Shown here one piece after another: positions 55,980 through 64,000 of a stretch of 64,000 nucleotides of DNA. How positions within the stretch are numbered: the stretch's first letter is position 1; every line of letters starts with the position of its first letter. Below the pieces are notes generated by a model. The model did not search any database. It saw nothing but the letters and a program-made list of their open reading frames with translations, and was not told where the DNA came from. Source of the stretch: an uncultured Clostridia bacterium (GTDB lineage: Bacteria > Bacillota > Clostridia > Oscillospirales > QAMX01); the NCBI GenBank assembly GCA_944380935.1, contig CALWJF010000039.1, positions 12,492 to 76,491 of the forward strand, in the 5' to 3' direction. Position numbers and translations under genes: made by a program.

Positions 55980-57698
55980 CTAAACAGCCTCGCGGAATTG
56001 TTCATTATAAAGTTTCGCATAAATCCCCTTCTTTTTCATTAACGCCTCATGGTCCCCCTGCTCTACAATTCTTCCTTCCGCAATGACAGCAATTTCATCC
56101 GCATTTTTTATTGTAGACAGGCGATGTGCAACAACCAATGTCGTACGGCCCTTACACAGTTCATCTAGTGCCTGCTGAATTAAAATCTCTGTGGTATTAT
56201 CCAGCGCGCTGGTCGCTTCGTCCAAAATCAGAATCGGCGGATTCTTTAAAAATACCCGTGCTATGGACAACCGCTGTTTTTGTCCGCCGGACAGCCGAAC
56301 ACCGCGTTCCCCGATTTGCGTATCATACCCATCCGGAAGCGTCATAATGTACTCGTGAATATTGGCGCGTCGGGCCGCTTCCTCAACCTCTTCCTGCGTT
56401 GCGTCAAGCCGGCCATAAAGGATATTGTCGCGGATACTGGCGTTAAACAAATAGATATCCTGTTGCACAATGCCGATATTACGCCGCACCGATTCCATTG
56501 TCAGGGCATGGATATTTTTCCCATCCAACAAAATCTGTCCCGTTGTTACATCATAAAAATGCGGGATCAAATGGCAAATGGTTGTCTTTCCACCGCCGGA
56601 TGGGCCAACTAATGCATACGTCTTTCCTTTTTCTATATCCAGGCTGACATCACGCAAGACGTCTTTAGAACCCTCATACGCATACGTTACATGCCGCAGC
56701 TCAATATGACCGGTAAGTCGTCCGGCATCCACTGCGCCAGGAGCATCCGATTCCGGTTTTGCATCCATAATTTCGATAAAGCGTTCGAATCCGGTAACAC
56801 CATTCTGGTATTGTTCCATAAAATTAATCAGCGTCATAACGGGAGTAATAAACATGCTGATGGAAACTACAAACGCAGAATAATCCCCAAAAATAATTTC
56901 ATTATTATAAAGAAACAATCCGCCCGCAATCAACACAACCACATTGAATATATCGGTAACAAATGCAGTCGTTGAATGGAATTGTCCCATTGAATGATAA
57001 GCTTCCCGTCTGGCTTCAATAAACTGGCCGTTGCCTTCTTCAAATTTTTCACGCTCTTTTTCCGCGTTGGTAAACGCTTTTGTAACACGAATTCCAGATA
57101 TACTGCTTTCCAGCGCTGCATTGATTACAGCAATGGATTTTCGGCTTTTCATAAAAGCATTGCGCATTTTTTTACGCAGCATGAGCGCAATGAGAATCAA
57201 AAACGGGACACATGCGAATACAATCAGCGTTAATTTCCAGTTAATACTTGACAGATACACAAACGAAGTAATCACCGTGATCGTAGAAATCAATACATTT
57301 TCCGGTCCATGGTGTGCCAGCTCGCTGATATCCATCAGATCATTGGTCATACGGGACATAAGCTTTCCAGTTTCATGGTTGTCGTAAAACGAAAACGGCA
57401 GTTTTTCCAGATGATTGAACATATCGCTGCGCATCTGCGCCTGCATCCGTACCCCCATCATATGTCCCTGATACTGAATAAAATAATTCAAAAGCATCCG
57501 AATTATATAAATCAAAAGTAAAATCAGACCAAAAACAATAATCATTTGGTAGTTTCGATTGGGAATCAAATCGTTGAGCATCCGGCGCGTTACAACCGGG
57601 TAAACAATACCGATAAGCGCAACAAGCAAGGAAGCGCCCATATCCAATGCAAACAGTTTTTTATGCGGCTTATAATACTGTAAAAAACGCTTTAACAT
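55980..57698 (-). CDS. ABC exporter, fused permease/ATPase (MsbA-like, homodimeric type)
   Basis: 6-TM domain plus an NBD (GPSGGGKTT, SGGQKQRLSIARV, ILILDEATSALD). Confidence 0.9.
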   Translation of the reverse strand: MLKRFLQYYKPHKKLFALDMGASLLVALIGIVYPVVTRRMLNDLIPNRNYQMIIVFGLILLLIYIIRMLLNYFIQYQGHMMGVRMQAQMRSDMFNHLEKLPFSFYDNHETGKLMSRMTNDLMDISELAHHGPENVLISTITVITSFVYLSSINWKLTLIVFACVPFLILIALMLRKKMRNAFMKSRKSIAVINAALESSISGIRVTKAFTNAEKEREKFEEGNGQFIEARREAYHSMGQFHSTTAFVTDIFNVVVLIAGGLFLYNNEIIFGDYSAFVVSISMFITPVMTLINFMEQYQNGVTGFERFIEIMDAKPESDAPGAVDAGRLTGHIELRHVTYAYEGSKDVLRDVSLDIEKGKTYALVGPSGGGKTTICHLIPHFYDVTTGQILLDGKNIHALTMESVRRNIGIVQQDIYLFNASIRDNILYGRLDATQEEVEEAARRANIHEYIMTLPDGYDTQIGERGVRLSGGQKQRLSIARVFLKNPPILILDEATSALDNTTEILIQQALDELCKGRTTLVVAHRLSTIKNADEIAVIAEGRIVEQGDHEALMKKKGIYAKLYNEQFREAV

Positions 57699-57796
57699 GA
57701 ATTTTCCTCCATTGCATCTTCTTCCAATTTTTTATTATAGCGGTTTTTTACATGTAAAGCAAGACAGGGTATGGAAAACATATTTTTCCCCTGATA

Positions 57797-57828
57797 CAAA
57801 AAAGGCCGGACAGAATAGCTGTCCGGTC
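57797..57828 (-). terminator. terminator of the MATE gene
   Basis: On the minus strand: GACCGGACAG-ctatt-CTGTCCGGCC followed by TTTTTT. Confidence 0.8.
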
Positions 57829-57835
57829 TTTTCAT

Positions 57836-59245
57836 TCAGTCTATACGCACCTGTTGTCCCCGTTCGCGTTCCGGAATTAAACCAATTCGATCATGCAACG
57901 TTTTACGAACATAGAAATATGCCGGTACAAGGAATACATCTGCCATAAGCCACGCAGCAGGATTTGCAAAACAAACCGCATTAAAGCCGAATTTCGGTAC
58001 AAATGCCAGTGCAACAAAAGTCCGCGCTGCCATTTCAAATACACCGGCAAACATAGCAAGCTTTGAAAAACCAAGGCCCTGAATCAAAAGCCGCAAAATG
58101 TTAACAAACGCCAACGGAATATACAACAGGCTATTAATAAACAGAAAATGTGTCGCCTGTGCAATAATTTCTGTTTCTGTTGCATCGAGGAAAATTAAAA
58201 CGATTTTGTCTGCAAAAAAATATAAAATAATACATGCCAGTATGCTATATCCAATCCCCAATACAGAACAGGATTTAAGTCCGTCGTCTATACGCTTCAG
58301 CTTTCCTGCGCCGACATTCTGTCCACCATAAGTCGCCATGGTGGTTCCCATTGCGTCAAACGGCGATACCATTAGAATCTGCACTTTAAACGCTGCTGTC
58401 ATCGAAGCAACACTTCCCGCACCAAGCGTATTAACCGCAACTTGCAGTATTGTACTACCTATTGCCGTAATTGAATACTGAAGACCCATTGGGATACTCA
58501 TCCAAAGCAGATTCTTAATATAGTGCCAATTCAATACCAAATCTTCCCGTTTTAAATGCAAAATTTCAAACTTTTGGATGATATAGAAAAAACATAGCGC
58601 TCCCGAAACAAACTGAGAAATTACCGTTGCCCATGCTGCACCGGCAACACCCATATGGAAAACCACGATAAATACAATATCCAGAATTACATTCAAAACA
58701 GATGCAATTACCAAAAAATAAACCGGCGATTTTGAATCACCGAGGGCACGGATCAGACCGGAAAGCGTATTATAGAGAAAAGTTACCGGGATACCAAGAA
58801 AAATAATAAAAATATATCCATACGCATACGCAAAAACTTCCTCCGGCGTATCCATCCAGACTAGGATATTTCTACATAGCAGGCAGACAACAACCGTCAT
58901 CACCACGGCAAACGCAATTGACACCCAAATAATATTCCCGACATAACGGCGAAGGCCATCATAATCACCTTCTCCAAATTTCTGGGAAATTGGAATTGCA
59001 CAACCCTGGCAGATTCCCATGCAAAAACCCAAAATCAGAAAATTAATCGAACCGGTCGACCCAACACCGGCAAGTGCATTAACGCCCAAGAACTTCCCGA
59101 CAACCATTGTATCGGCCATATTATACAACTGCTGAAACAGGATACCCAAAAAAAGTGGTATCATAAAACCCACAATCAGTTTCATTGGTGAACCGACCGT
59201 TAAGTCCCGTGTCACGGACTTCTTCTTTCGTATTAATTCTGCCAT
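57836..59245 (-). CDS. MATE-family efflux transporter
   Basis: 469 aa, 12 TM. N-terminal GSPMKLIVGFMIPLFLGILFQQLYNMADTMVVGKFLG is typical of MATE proteins. Confidence 0.9.
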   Translation of the reverse strand: MAELIRKKKSVTRDLTVGSPMKLIVGFMIPLFLGILFQQLYNMADTMVVGKFLGVNALAGVGSTGSINFLILGFCMGICQGCAIPISQKFGEGDYDGLRRYVGNIIWVSIAFAVVMTVVVCLLCRNILVWMDTPEEVFAYAYGYIFIIFLGIPVTFLYNTLSGLIRALGDSKSPVYFLVIASVLNVILDIVFIVVFHMGVAGAAWATVISQFVSGALCFFYIIQKFEILHLKREDLVLNWHYIKNLLWMSIPMGLQYSITAIGSTILQVAVNTLGAGSVASMTAAFKVQILMVSPFDAMGTTMATYGGQNVGAGKLKRIDDGLKSCSVLGIGYSILACIILYFFADKIVLIFLDATETEIIAQATHFLFINSLLYIPLAFVNILRLLIQGLGFSKLAMFAGVFEMAARTFVALAFVPKFGFNAVCFANPAAWLMADVFLVPAYFYVRKTLHDRIGLIPERERGQQVRID

Positions 59246-59542
59246 ACTATAACCTCGGATTCATAGAATTACAGTATGTTAGTTTAGCCGTTTTCATGAT
59301 TTTTTCAATACATAAATCATCCAAGTTTATTCGATTTTACTGGTTTTAAACCGTCATTATCCTAAAAAACACTGTGTCTTCCAGCGCATGCAGGCCTTTT
59401 TCTTCTTGACTTAATACACTACCATTTCCGTATCATTGCAGCATATCAAATATCCGTTTTCCGTACGCATTTCTTACCGTTTTCTATTTGAAATTCATAT
59501 ATCCAATCTGCTGTTTAGCTGGATTTTTTATATTAAAAATGC

Positions 59543-59571
59543 TTGACAGTCTCTCGCATATTTTATATAAT
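59543..59571 (+). promoter_or_regulatory. consensus sigma-A promoter driving the S-box leader
   Basis: TTGACA (59543-59548), 17-nt spacer, TATAAT (59566-59571). Confidence 0.65.
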
Positions 59572-59576
59572 AGACG

Positions 59577-59726
59577 TTACCATAAAGAGTGCGTGAGAGA
59601 CAAGCTCATTGACCGCACAGCAACCTGATTCTTTTGATTCGGAATTAAGGTGCTAAAGCTTGACCGATGGCCAATACGTTCATAGGGTTCCATCGGTAAC
59701 GATGGAACCTTTTTGCATCTTTATGG
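59577..59726 (+). promoter_or_regulatory. SAM-I (S-box) riboswitch leader
   Basis: AAGAG junction; P2 GTGCG/CGCAC enclosing a GAGAGA...TGA k-turn; CAGCAACC; P3 CCTGATTC/GAATTAAGG; GGTGCTAAA. The P2-loop CAAGCT is complementary to AGCTTG in J3/4 (pseudoknot), which covaries with CTGG/CCAG of B. subtilis yitJ as I recall it. Confidence 0.8.
59686..59714 (+). terminator. S-box-associated intrinsic terminator hairpin
   Basis: GGTTCCATCG-GTAA-CGATGGAACC followed by TTTTT. The upstream ACCGATGG (59663-59670) can pair with CCATCGGT (59690-59697) as an antiterminator. Confidence 0.7.
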
Positions 59727-59843
59727 CTTCTTACGAATTGTCTGCTATTGTTCCTTATAGCATCCCATGAATCCTGAGTTTTTAACATAAGCGTCTGTCT
59801 TCCGGCATATGAATCTAGTAAGATTTAATCCCGGAGGGATGAG

Positions 59844-60119
59844 ATGAGAAACAGTATCGACGCACGTATTTATGATCTTGCCAATTACATAGTTGAGAAT
59901 GAGACCACTGTCCGTGCAGCAGCAAAGCGTTATGGCGTCTCCAAATCCACCGTTCACAAGGACGTTACGCAACGTCTATATGAAATTGACCGAAGCCTGT
60001 ATCTACGTGTGCAAGAAGTGTTGGCGCGCAATAAAGCGGAACGGCATTTGCGTGGCGGAATGGCTACCAAACGCAAATATGCGCTGCTTGCCGAGGGACA
60101 TAAAAAAAACGGCGCCTGA
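59844..60119 (+). CDS. spoIIID: sporulation transcriptional regulator SpoIIID
   Basis: 91 aa. I.....YIVE...TVR..AK.FGVSKSTVHKD.T.RL and HLRGG.ATK.KY match my recollection of B. subtilis SpoIIID. GGAGGG RBS. Confidence 0.9.
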   Translation: MRNSIDARIYDLANYIVENETTVRAAAKRYGVSKSTVHKDVTQRLYEIDRSLYLRVQEVLARNKAERHLRGGMATKRKYALLAEGHKKNGA

Positions 60120-60188
60120 GCCATTGACATACAGGTGCAGGATTTTTATCTTCTGCAAATGATATTTATTGATATAGGAGATCTACCA

Positions 60189-61370
60189 ATGAAAAAACGT
60201 ATGTACACTTCCGAATCCGTCACCGAAGGGCATCCGGATAAACTGTGTGATCAAATTTCCGATGCGATCCTCGATGCAATCCTTGCTTCTGATCCTGTTG
60301 CTCGCGTGGCCTGTGAAACGACAGCGACAACCGGACTAATCCATGTAATGGGCGAAATATCCACACAGGCTTATGTTGATATTCCAAGCGTTGTCCGCGA
60401 TACCATTCGCAAAATCGGGTACGACAACCCGGCTTACGGCTTTGACGGCAATACTTGCGCTGTTATCACCTCCATCGATGAACAATCCCCGGATATTGCG
60501 ATGGGCGTAAATGCTTCTGCAGAATCCAGAATTTTATCAGATGATCTTGCCGATCGCATTGGTGCAGGAGATCAAGGAATGATGTTTGGCTACGCCTGCC
60601 GTGAAAGCGAGGAACTGATCCCCGCTACGCTATATTATGCACATGCGCTTTCGCGCGGGCTTGCACGGCTGCGCAAAGAAGGCGTTTTACCCTATTTGCG
60701 GCCGGATGGGAAAAGCCAGGTCTCCATCGAATACGGCGAATCCGGACAGCCGCTGCGCTGTACTGCGGTTGTTGTTTCCACACAACATGATCCTGAAGTG
60801 GATATTGAAACTTTGCGCCGCGATATACGAGAAAAATTGATTCTGCCTACCATTCCGGCTTCTCTTCTGGACAGCGAAACAAAGTTTTTTATAAATCCAA
60901 CCGGCCGTTTTGTGCTGGGCGGACCTGCCGCTGATTCCGGATTGACCGGACGCAAAATTATCGTCGATACCTACGGCGGCTTCTCTCACCATGGCGGCGG
61001 TGCATTTTCCGGAAAAGATCCCACAAAAGTTGACCGCAGCGCATCTTACATGGCGCGTTATGCGGCGAAAAACGTCGTTGCCGCCGGGATTGCACAACGT
61101 TGCGAAATCGGCGTGGCGTATGCCATCGGTGTTGCACGGCCGGTTTCCATCTATGTTGATACTTTCGGCACCGGGATTGCGGATGACGACCGTATTGCAG
61201 CAGCCATAGAAGAAGTTTTTGACTTTCGTCCAGCTGCAATTATTGAAACGCTTGGCCTGCGCCGCCCGATTTATGCCAAAACAGCTGCATATGGCCACTT
61301 CGGCCGCCATGATTTGCCCTGGGAACAGACAGATCGTATCGAGGCACTCAAATCTGCGCTGACTCGCTAA
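60189..61370 (+). CDS. metK: S-adenosylmethionine synthase
   Basis: [31 protein letters not shown] and [16 protein letters not shown] motifs. AGGAG RBS. The track ORF begins at 60135. Confidence 0.95.
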   Translation: MKKRMYTSESVTEGHPDKLCDQISDAILDAILASDPVARVACETTATTGLIHVMGEISTQAYVDIPSVVRDTIRKIGYDNPAYGFDGNTCAVITSIDEQSPDIAMGVNASAESRILSDDLADRIGAGDQGMMFGYACRESEELIPATLYYAHALSRGLARLRKEGVLPYLRPDGKSQVSIEYGESGQPLRCTAVVVSTQHDPEVDIETLRRDIREKLILPTIPASLLDSETKFFINPTGRFVLGGPAADSGLTGRKIIVDTYGGFSHHGGGAFSGKDPTKVDRSASYMARYAAKNVVAAGIAQRCEIGVAYAIGVARPVSIYVDTFGTGIADDDRIAAAIEEVFDFRPAAIIETLGLRRPIYAKTAAYGHFGRHDLPWEQTDRIEALKSALTR

Positions 61371-61382
61371 CGGTAAAAACGA

Positions 61383-61433
61383 AAAAGCCCACGAACCAAC
61401 CTCCTTTTGGGGAATATGGCGTCGTGGGCTTTT
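61383..61433. terminator. bidirectional terminator
   Basis: AAAAGCCCACGA (61383-61394) pairs with TCGTGGGCTTTT (61422-61433), between convergent genes. Confidence 0.75.
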
Positions 61434-61444
61434 CAAATGTCTTT

Positions 61445-61882
61445 TTATCCTGTATAAGGCTTATTCCGTTGGACGATCCAGTCCTGTACTTTCTTATATG
61501 AATGCGGTTGAATCTCTGGATATGTTAACACCGTTGGCAGCGAATTCATATGTATGCACTCGGCAATTTCCATCTCTTCCGGCAAGTTTCCGAGTTGTTC
61601 AATCTGCGCAAAATATAACATCCCGCAGCGAATGTTCTCGCCCTTTTCTCTTCGCACACCATAAACGCATACCGGCCGGAGTGCAAAACGCTGCGCCCCG
61701 GTTTTTTCCCACAGCGTACGCCGGGCTGCTGCTTTATCGTCTCCCCTACTTTCAATGTCCGCTAGGGATTTCCCACTTCTGACACAGCTTATGGCGGCAC
61801 CAAAGCCATTGATTTTCGTGTTGGACGGCCATTTTAAATTTTCATCTACGATCTCCGCACTAGAGAAAAAACGAACCGTCAA
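61445..61882 (-). CDS. hypothetical protein with a degenerate NUDIX-like box
   Basis: AAARRTLWEKTGA resembles the Nudix box REUxEExGU, but with E replaced by T and by K. The only available start is a TTG with a weak RBS. Confidence 0.45.
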   Translation of the reverse strand: MTVRFFSSAEIVDENLKWPSNTKINGFGAAISCVRSGKSLADIESRGDDKAAARRTLWEKTGAQRFALRPVCVYGVRREKGENIRCGMLYFAQIEQLGNLPEEMEIAECIHMNSLPTVLTYPEIQPHSYKKVQDWIVQRNKPYTG

Positions 61883-61930
61883 AGCTGACTTTCTTTTTTA
61901 CGAAATAGCGTTTCCATAAAAACATTCTCA

Positions 61931-63409
61931 TCAATCAATATATAATGCATTATTTTCAAAAACAGGCTCACAAGTACAATGGATTCCCAACCGGCGCAGC
62001 AAACCTGCGTCCTGATCGGAAAGAATACAGGAAGAATGCGCTTCACAACCGTTTAAATAAACCAACTTAGATAAAGCAAGCTCGGCTGTCGGATTCGTCG
62101 CGGCGCAAATGGACAATGCAATCAGCACTTCTTCCAAATTTAAAATAGAACTATGGCCGCCCAAATATTCAAGTTTGGTTTTGATAATCGGTTCCAAAAC
62201 CACGCGCGACATTAAATGCACCTCATCGCCGATCCCTGCGAGATCTTTAATCGCATTAATCACCGCGCCGGAAGCCGCATCCATAAGGTTTTGACGGCCG
62301 GTAACAATTTTCCCATCGGGAAGCTCCAACGCAATCGCGGGACAATCATACTGCCGGCTTTTTGCAATTGCCGGTTTTACCGTACTTCTTCCATCCGGCG
62401 TAACGCCAAGCTGCTGGAGAAGCACCTCAATACGGCATACCGTTTCTGCGCTTTCCCGGCCAAGGCGGCAGTCACATCGGGCATGATAGTACCGGCGGAT
62501 GATTTCCTGTGTCGCCGCAGCACGGCAAACCTGATCATCGATAATACAATTTCCCGCCATATTGACACCCATATCGGTCGGCGAACGATAAATTGTCCGG
62601 TTCATAATTCGTGTCAGGATCGTATTTACAATCGGAAACCCTTCAATATCCCGATTATAGTTAACCGTTGTCTCTCCATACGCATCCAGATGATAGGGGT
62701 CGATCATATTAACATCCTTCAAATCCGCCGTTGCTGCCTCATATGCCAGATTGACGGGATGTTTCAGCGGCAGGTTCCAAATCGGGAATGTTTCAAATTT
62801 CGCATATCCTGCCTTAATCCCGCGCTGGCTTTCATGATATAACTGAGACAGACAGGTCGCCAGTTTCCCCGAATTCGGACCTGGTGCAGTTACAACAACC
62901 AACGGGCGGCTGGTTTCGATATAATCATTTGCGCCATAACCCTGCTGGCTGACAATTAGATCCACATCGCTGGGATACCCGGCAATAGGATAGTGTTTAT
63001 AAGTCTTTATCCCACGCTGGGATAGCAAGTTGATCAGCGATTTCGCACCGGGCTGATCCGCATATTGGGTAATGACAACGGAATTGACCAGCAACCCATA
63101 ACCACGGCAAGTATCGATTGTACGCAGCAGATCCTGATCATATGTAATACCAAAATCTGCCCGTATTTTATTTTGTGCGATGGAAGATGCATTAATACAA
63201 AACACAATTTCTGCAATATCCGAAAAGTTTTGCAAAAGCTTAGCTTTTGCATCCGGCTCAAATCCGGGCAACACGCGGGATGCATGATAATCATCAAATA
63301 ACTTTCCGCCAAATTCAAGATACAACTTATTATCAAACTGATGAATTCTTTCAATAATATGTTCTTTTTGTGTTTTTAAATACAGATCTTTATCAAATCC
63401 CGGCCGCAT
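61931..63409 (-). CDS. DUF1846 (UPF0371) family protein
   Basis: 492 aa. The N-terminus GFDKDLYLKTQKEHIIERI..F.NKLYLEFGGKLFDDYHASRVLPGF is typical of UPF0371. Confidence 0.8.
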   Translation of the reverse strand: MRPGFDKDLYLKTQKEHIIERIHQFDNKLYLEFGGKLFDDYHASRVLPGFEPDAKAKLLQNFSDIAEIVFCINASSIAQNKIRADFGITYDQDLLRTIDTCRGYGLLVNSVVITQYADQPGAKSLINLLSQRGIKTYKHYPIAGYPSDVDLIVSQQGYGANDYIETSRPLVVVTAPGPNSGKLATCLSQLYHESQRGIKAGYAKFETFPIWNLPLKHPVNLAYEAATADLKDVNMIDPYHLDAYGETTVNYNRDIEGFPIVNTILTRIMNRTIYRSPTDMGVNMAGNCIIDDQVCRAAATQEIIRRYYHARCDCRLGRESAETVCRIEVLLQQLGVTPDGRSTVKPAIAKSRQYDCPAIALELPDGKIVTGRQNLMDAASGAVINAIKDLAGIGDEVHLMSRVVLEPIIKTKLEYLGGHSSILNLEEVLIALSICAATNPTAELALSKLVYLNGCEAHSSCILSDQDAGLLRRLGIHCTCEPVFENNALYID

Positions 63410-63565
63410 ATCCTATACCCTTTCGACAAAATCAATCAATATTCAGCATTATACCATTGCCTTCCTTCTTTTGCAATAGAATCAGAAAACGCAGCACCAA
63501 TTTTCCATACTTGCGTAAATGTCCGCAATGGTTTAAAATAAGAAGCAGGTAGGAGGCTATAGTCT

Positions 63566-64000
63566 ATGGAAAAACTTGTGGAATTAAACGATCACCATTC
63601 CCTTCGGGCAAACGTCTACCGAAAAATTGAAGAAGCAATTCTCGACGGCAGTCTTAGGCCAGGGGATGCACTGATTGAGCAAAAACTTTCCGAATCGCTT
63701 GGTGTCAGCCGTACACCCATCCGCGAAGCATTGCGGCAGTTGGAATTGCAGGGTATGGTCAAAAACATCCCCAACCGCGGCTGTTTTGTTATTGGTTTTT
63801 CCAAAAAAGATATCTTAGACATGTATGCCATCCGTATACGAATTGAGTCGCTTGCCGCACGATGGGCCGCAGAAAATATTACGGATGAAGAATTGGAAAA
63901 ATTACGTGAAATCGTCGATCTACAAACTTTTTATGTCGAACGCAGCGATACACTTCAGGTCTGGAGTTTGGATAACCGCTTTCATGACCTGATTTTTACT
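63566..64000 (+). CDS. GntR-family (FadR/FCD-type) transcriptional regulator, 3' end outside window
   Basis: AGGAGG RBS. wHTH motif: VYRKIEEAILDGSLRPGDALIEQKLSESLGVSRTPIREALRQLELQGMV. Frame stays open to the window end. Confidence 0.85.
   Translation, partial: MEKLVELNDHHSLRANVYRKIEEAILDGSLRPGDALIEQKLSESLGVSRTPIREALRQLELQGMVKNIPNRGCFVIGFSKKDILDMYAIRIRIESLAARWAAENITDEELEKLREIVDLQTFYVERSDTLQVWSLDNRFHDLIFT

Noticed and set aside
1-64000. Scanned for CRISPR arrays, tRNA/rRNA, IS elements, integrases, phage genes and known defence-system hallmarks.
   Set aside because: I saw no spaced direct-repeat arrays, no cloverleaf-like or rRNA-like sequence in the intergenic gaps, and no transposase, integrase or phage-like ORFs. 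The helicase present is HelD-like with a housekeeping context. This was a visual scan only. tRNAscan, Infernal and a defence-system finder should confirm it.

Overview
This is a gene-dense 64-kb chromosomal window from a spore-forming Firmicute of class Clostridia. That placement is inferred from gene content: sigG, spoIIID, yabP-yabQ-divIC-yabR, a sleB-like gene, a spoVB/yabM-like gene, an SLH protein and ECF/CoaX genes. I call about 60 CDS on both strands, and most are housekeeping. They include a P-type Ca-ATPase (5'-truncated), helD, murA, feoAB, hup, and the recJ / relA-dtd-MBL-hemZ-like-MTase-kinase cluster. They also include xylB, coaX with a panT-like ECF S-component, a cyclophilin, upp, metK, a four-gene sugar ABC importer, three ABC exporters and a MATE pump. 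Regulators are an OmpR-type and a LytTR-type two-component system and a GntR regulator (3'-truncated). I saw no rRNA, tRNA, CRISPR array, transposase, integrase or phage genes. The one structured RNA I can support is a SAM-I (S-box) riboswitch at about 59577-59726. It unexpectedly precedes spoIIID rather than metK directly. I do not see an unmistakable novel multi-gene system. The best candidates for follow-up are these:
- the S-box/spoIIID/metK arrangement and its ambiguous expression platform;
- a transmembrane-less AgrC-type kinase with a LytTR regulator, fused to a heterodimeric ABC exporter locus;
- a TVP38/DedA-superfamily protein paired with a processive GT2 synthase, behind a long AT-rich leader;
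- a secreted FG-GAP-like protein, two-component system and prealbumin-fold protein cluster;
- a translationally coupled operon of rhomboid, DUF3267 zincin and PAP2-like genes;
- an A7-tract frameshift in a Cys-rich ORF;
- repeat and hairpin architecture in the feoAB and panT leaders.
All family assignments come from motif recognition by eye. No database search was run.
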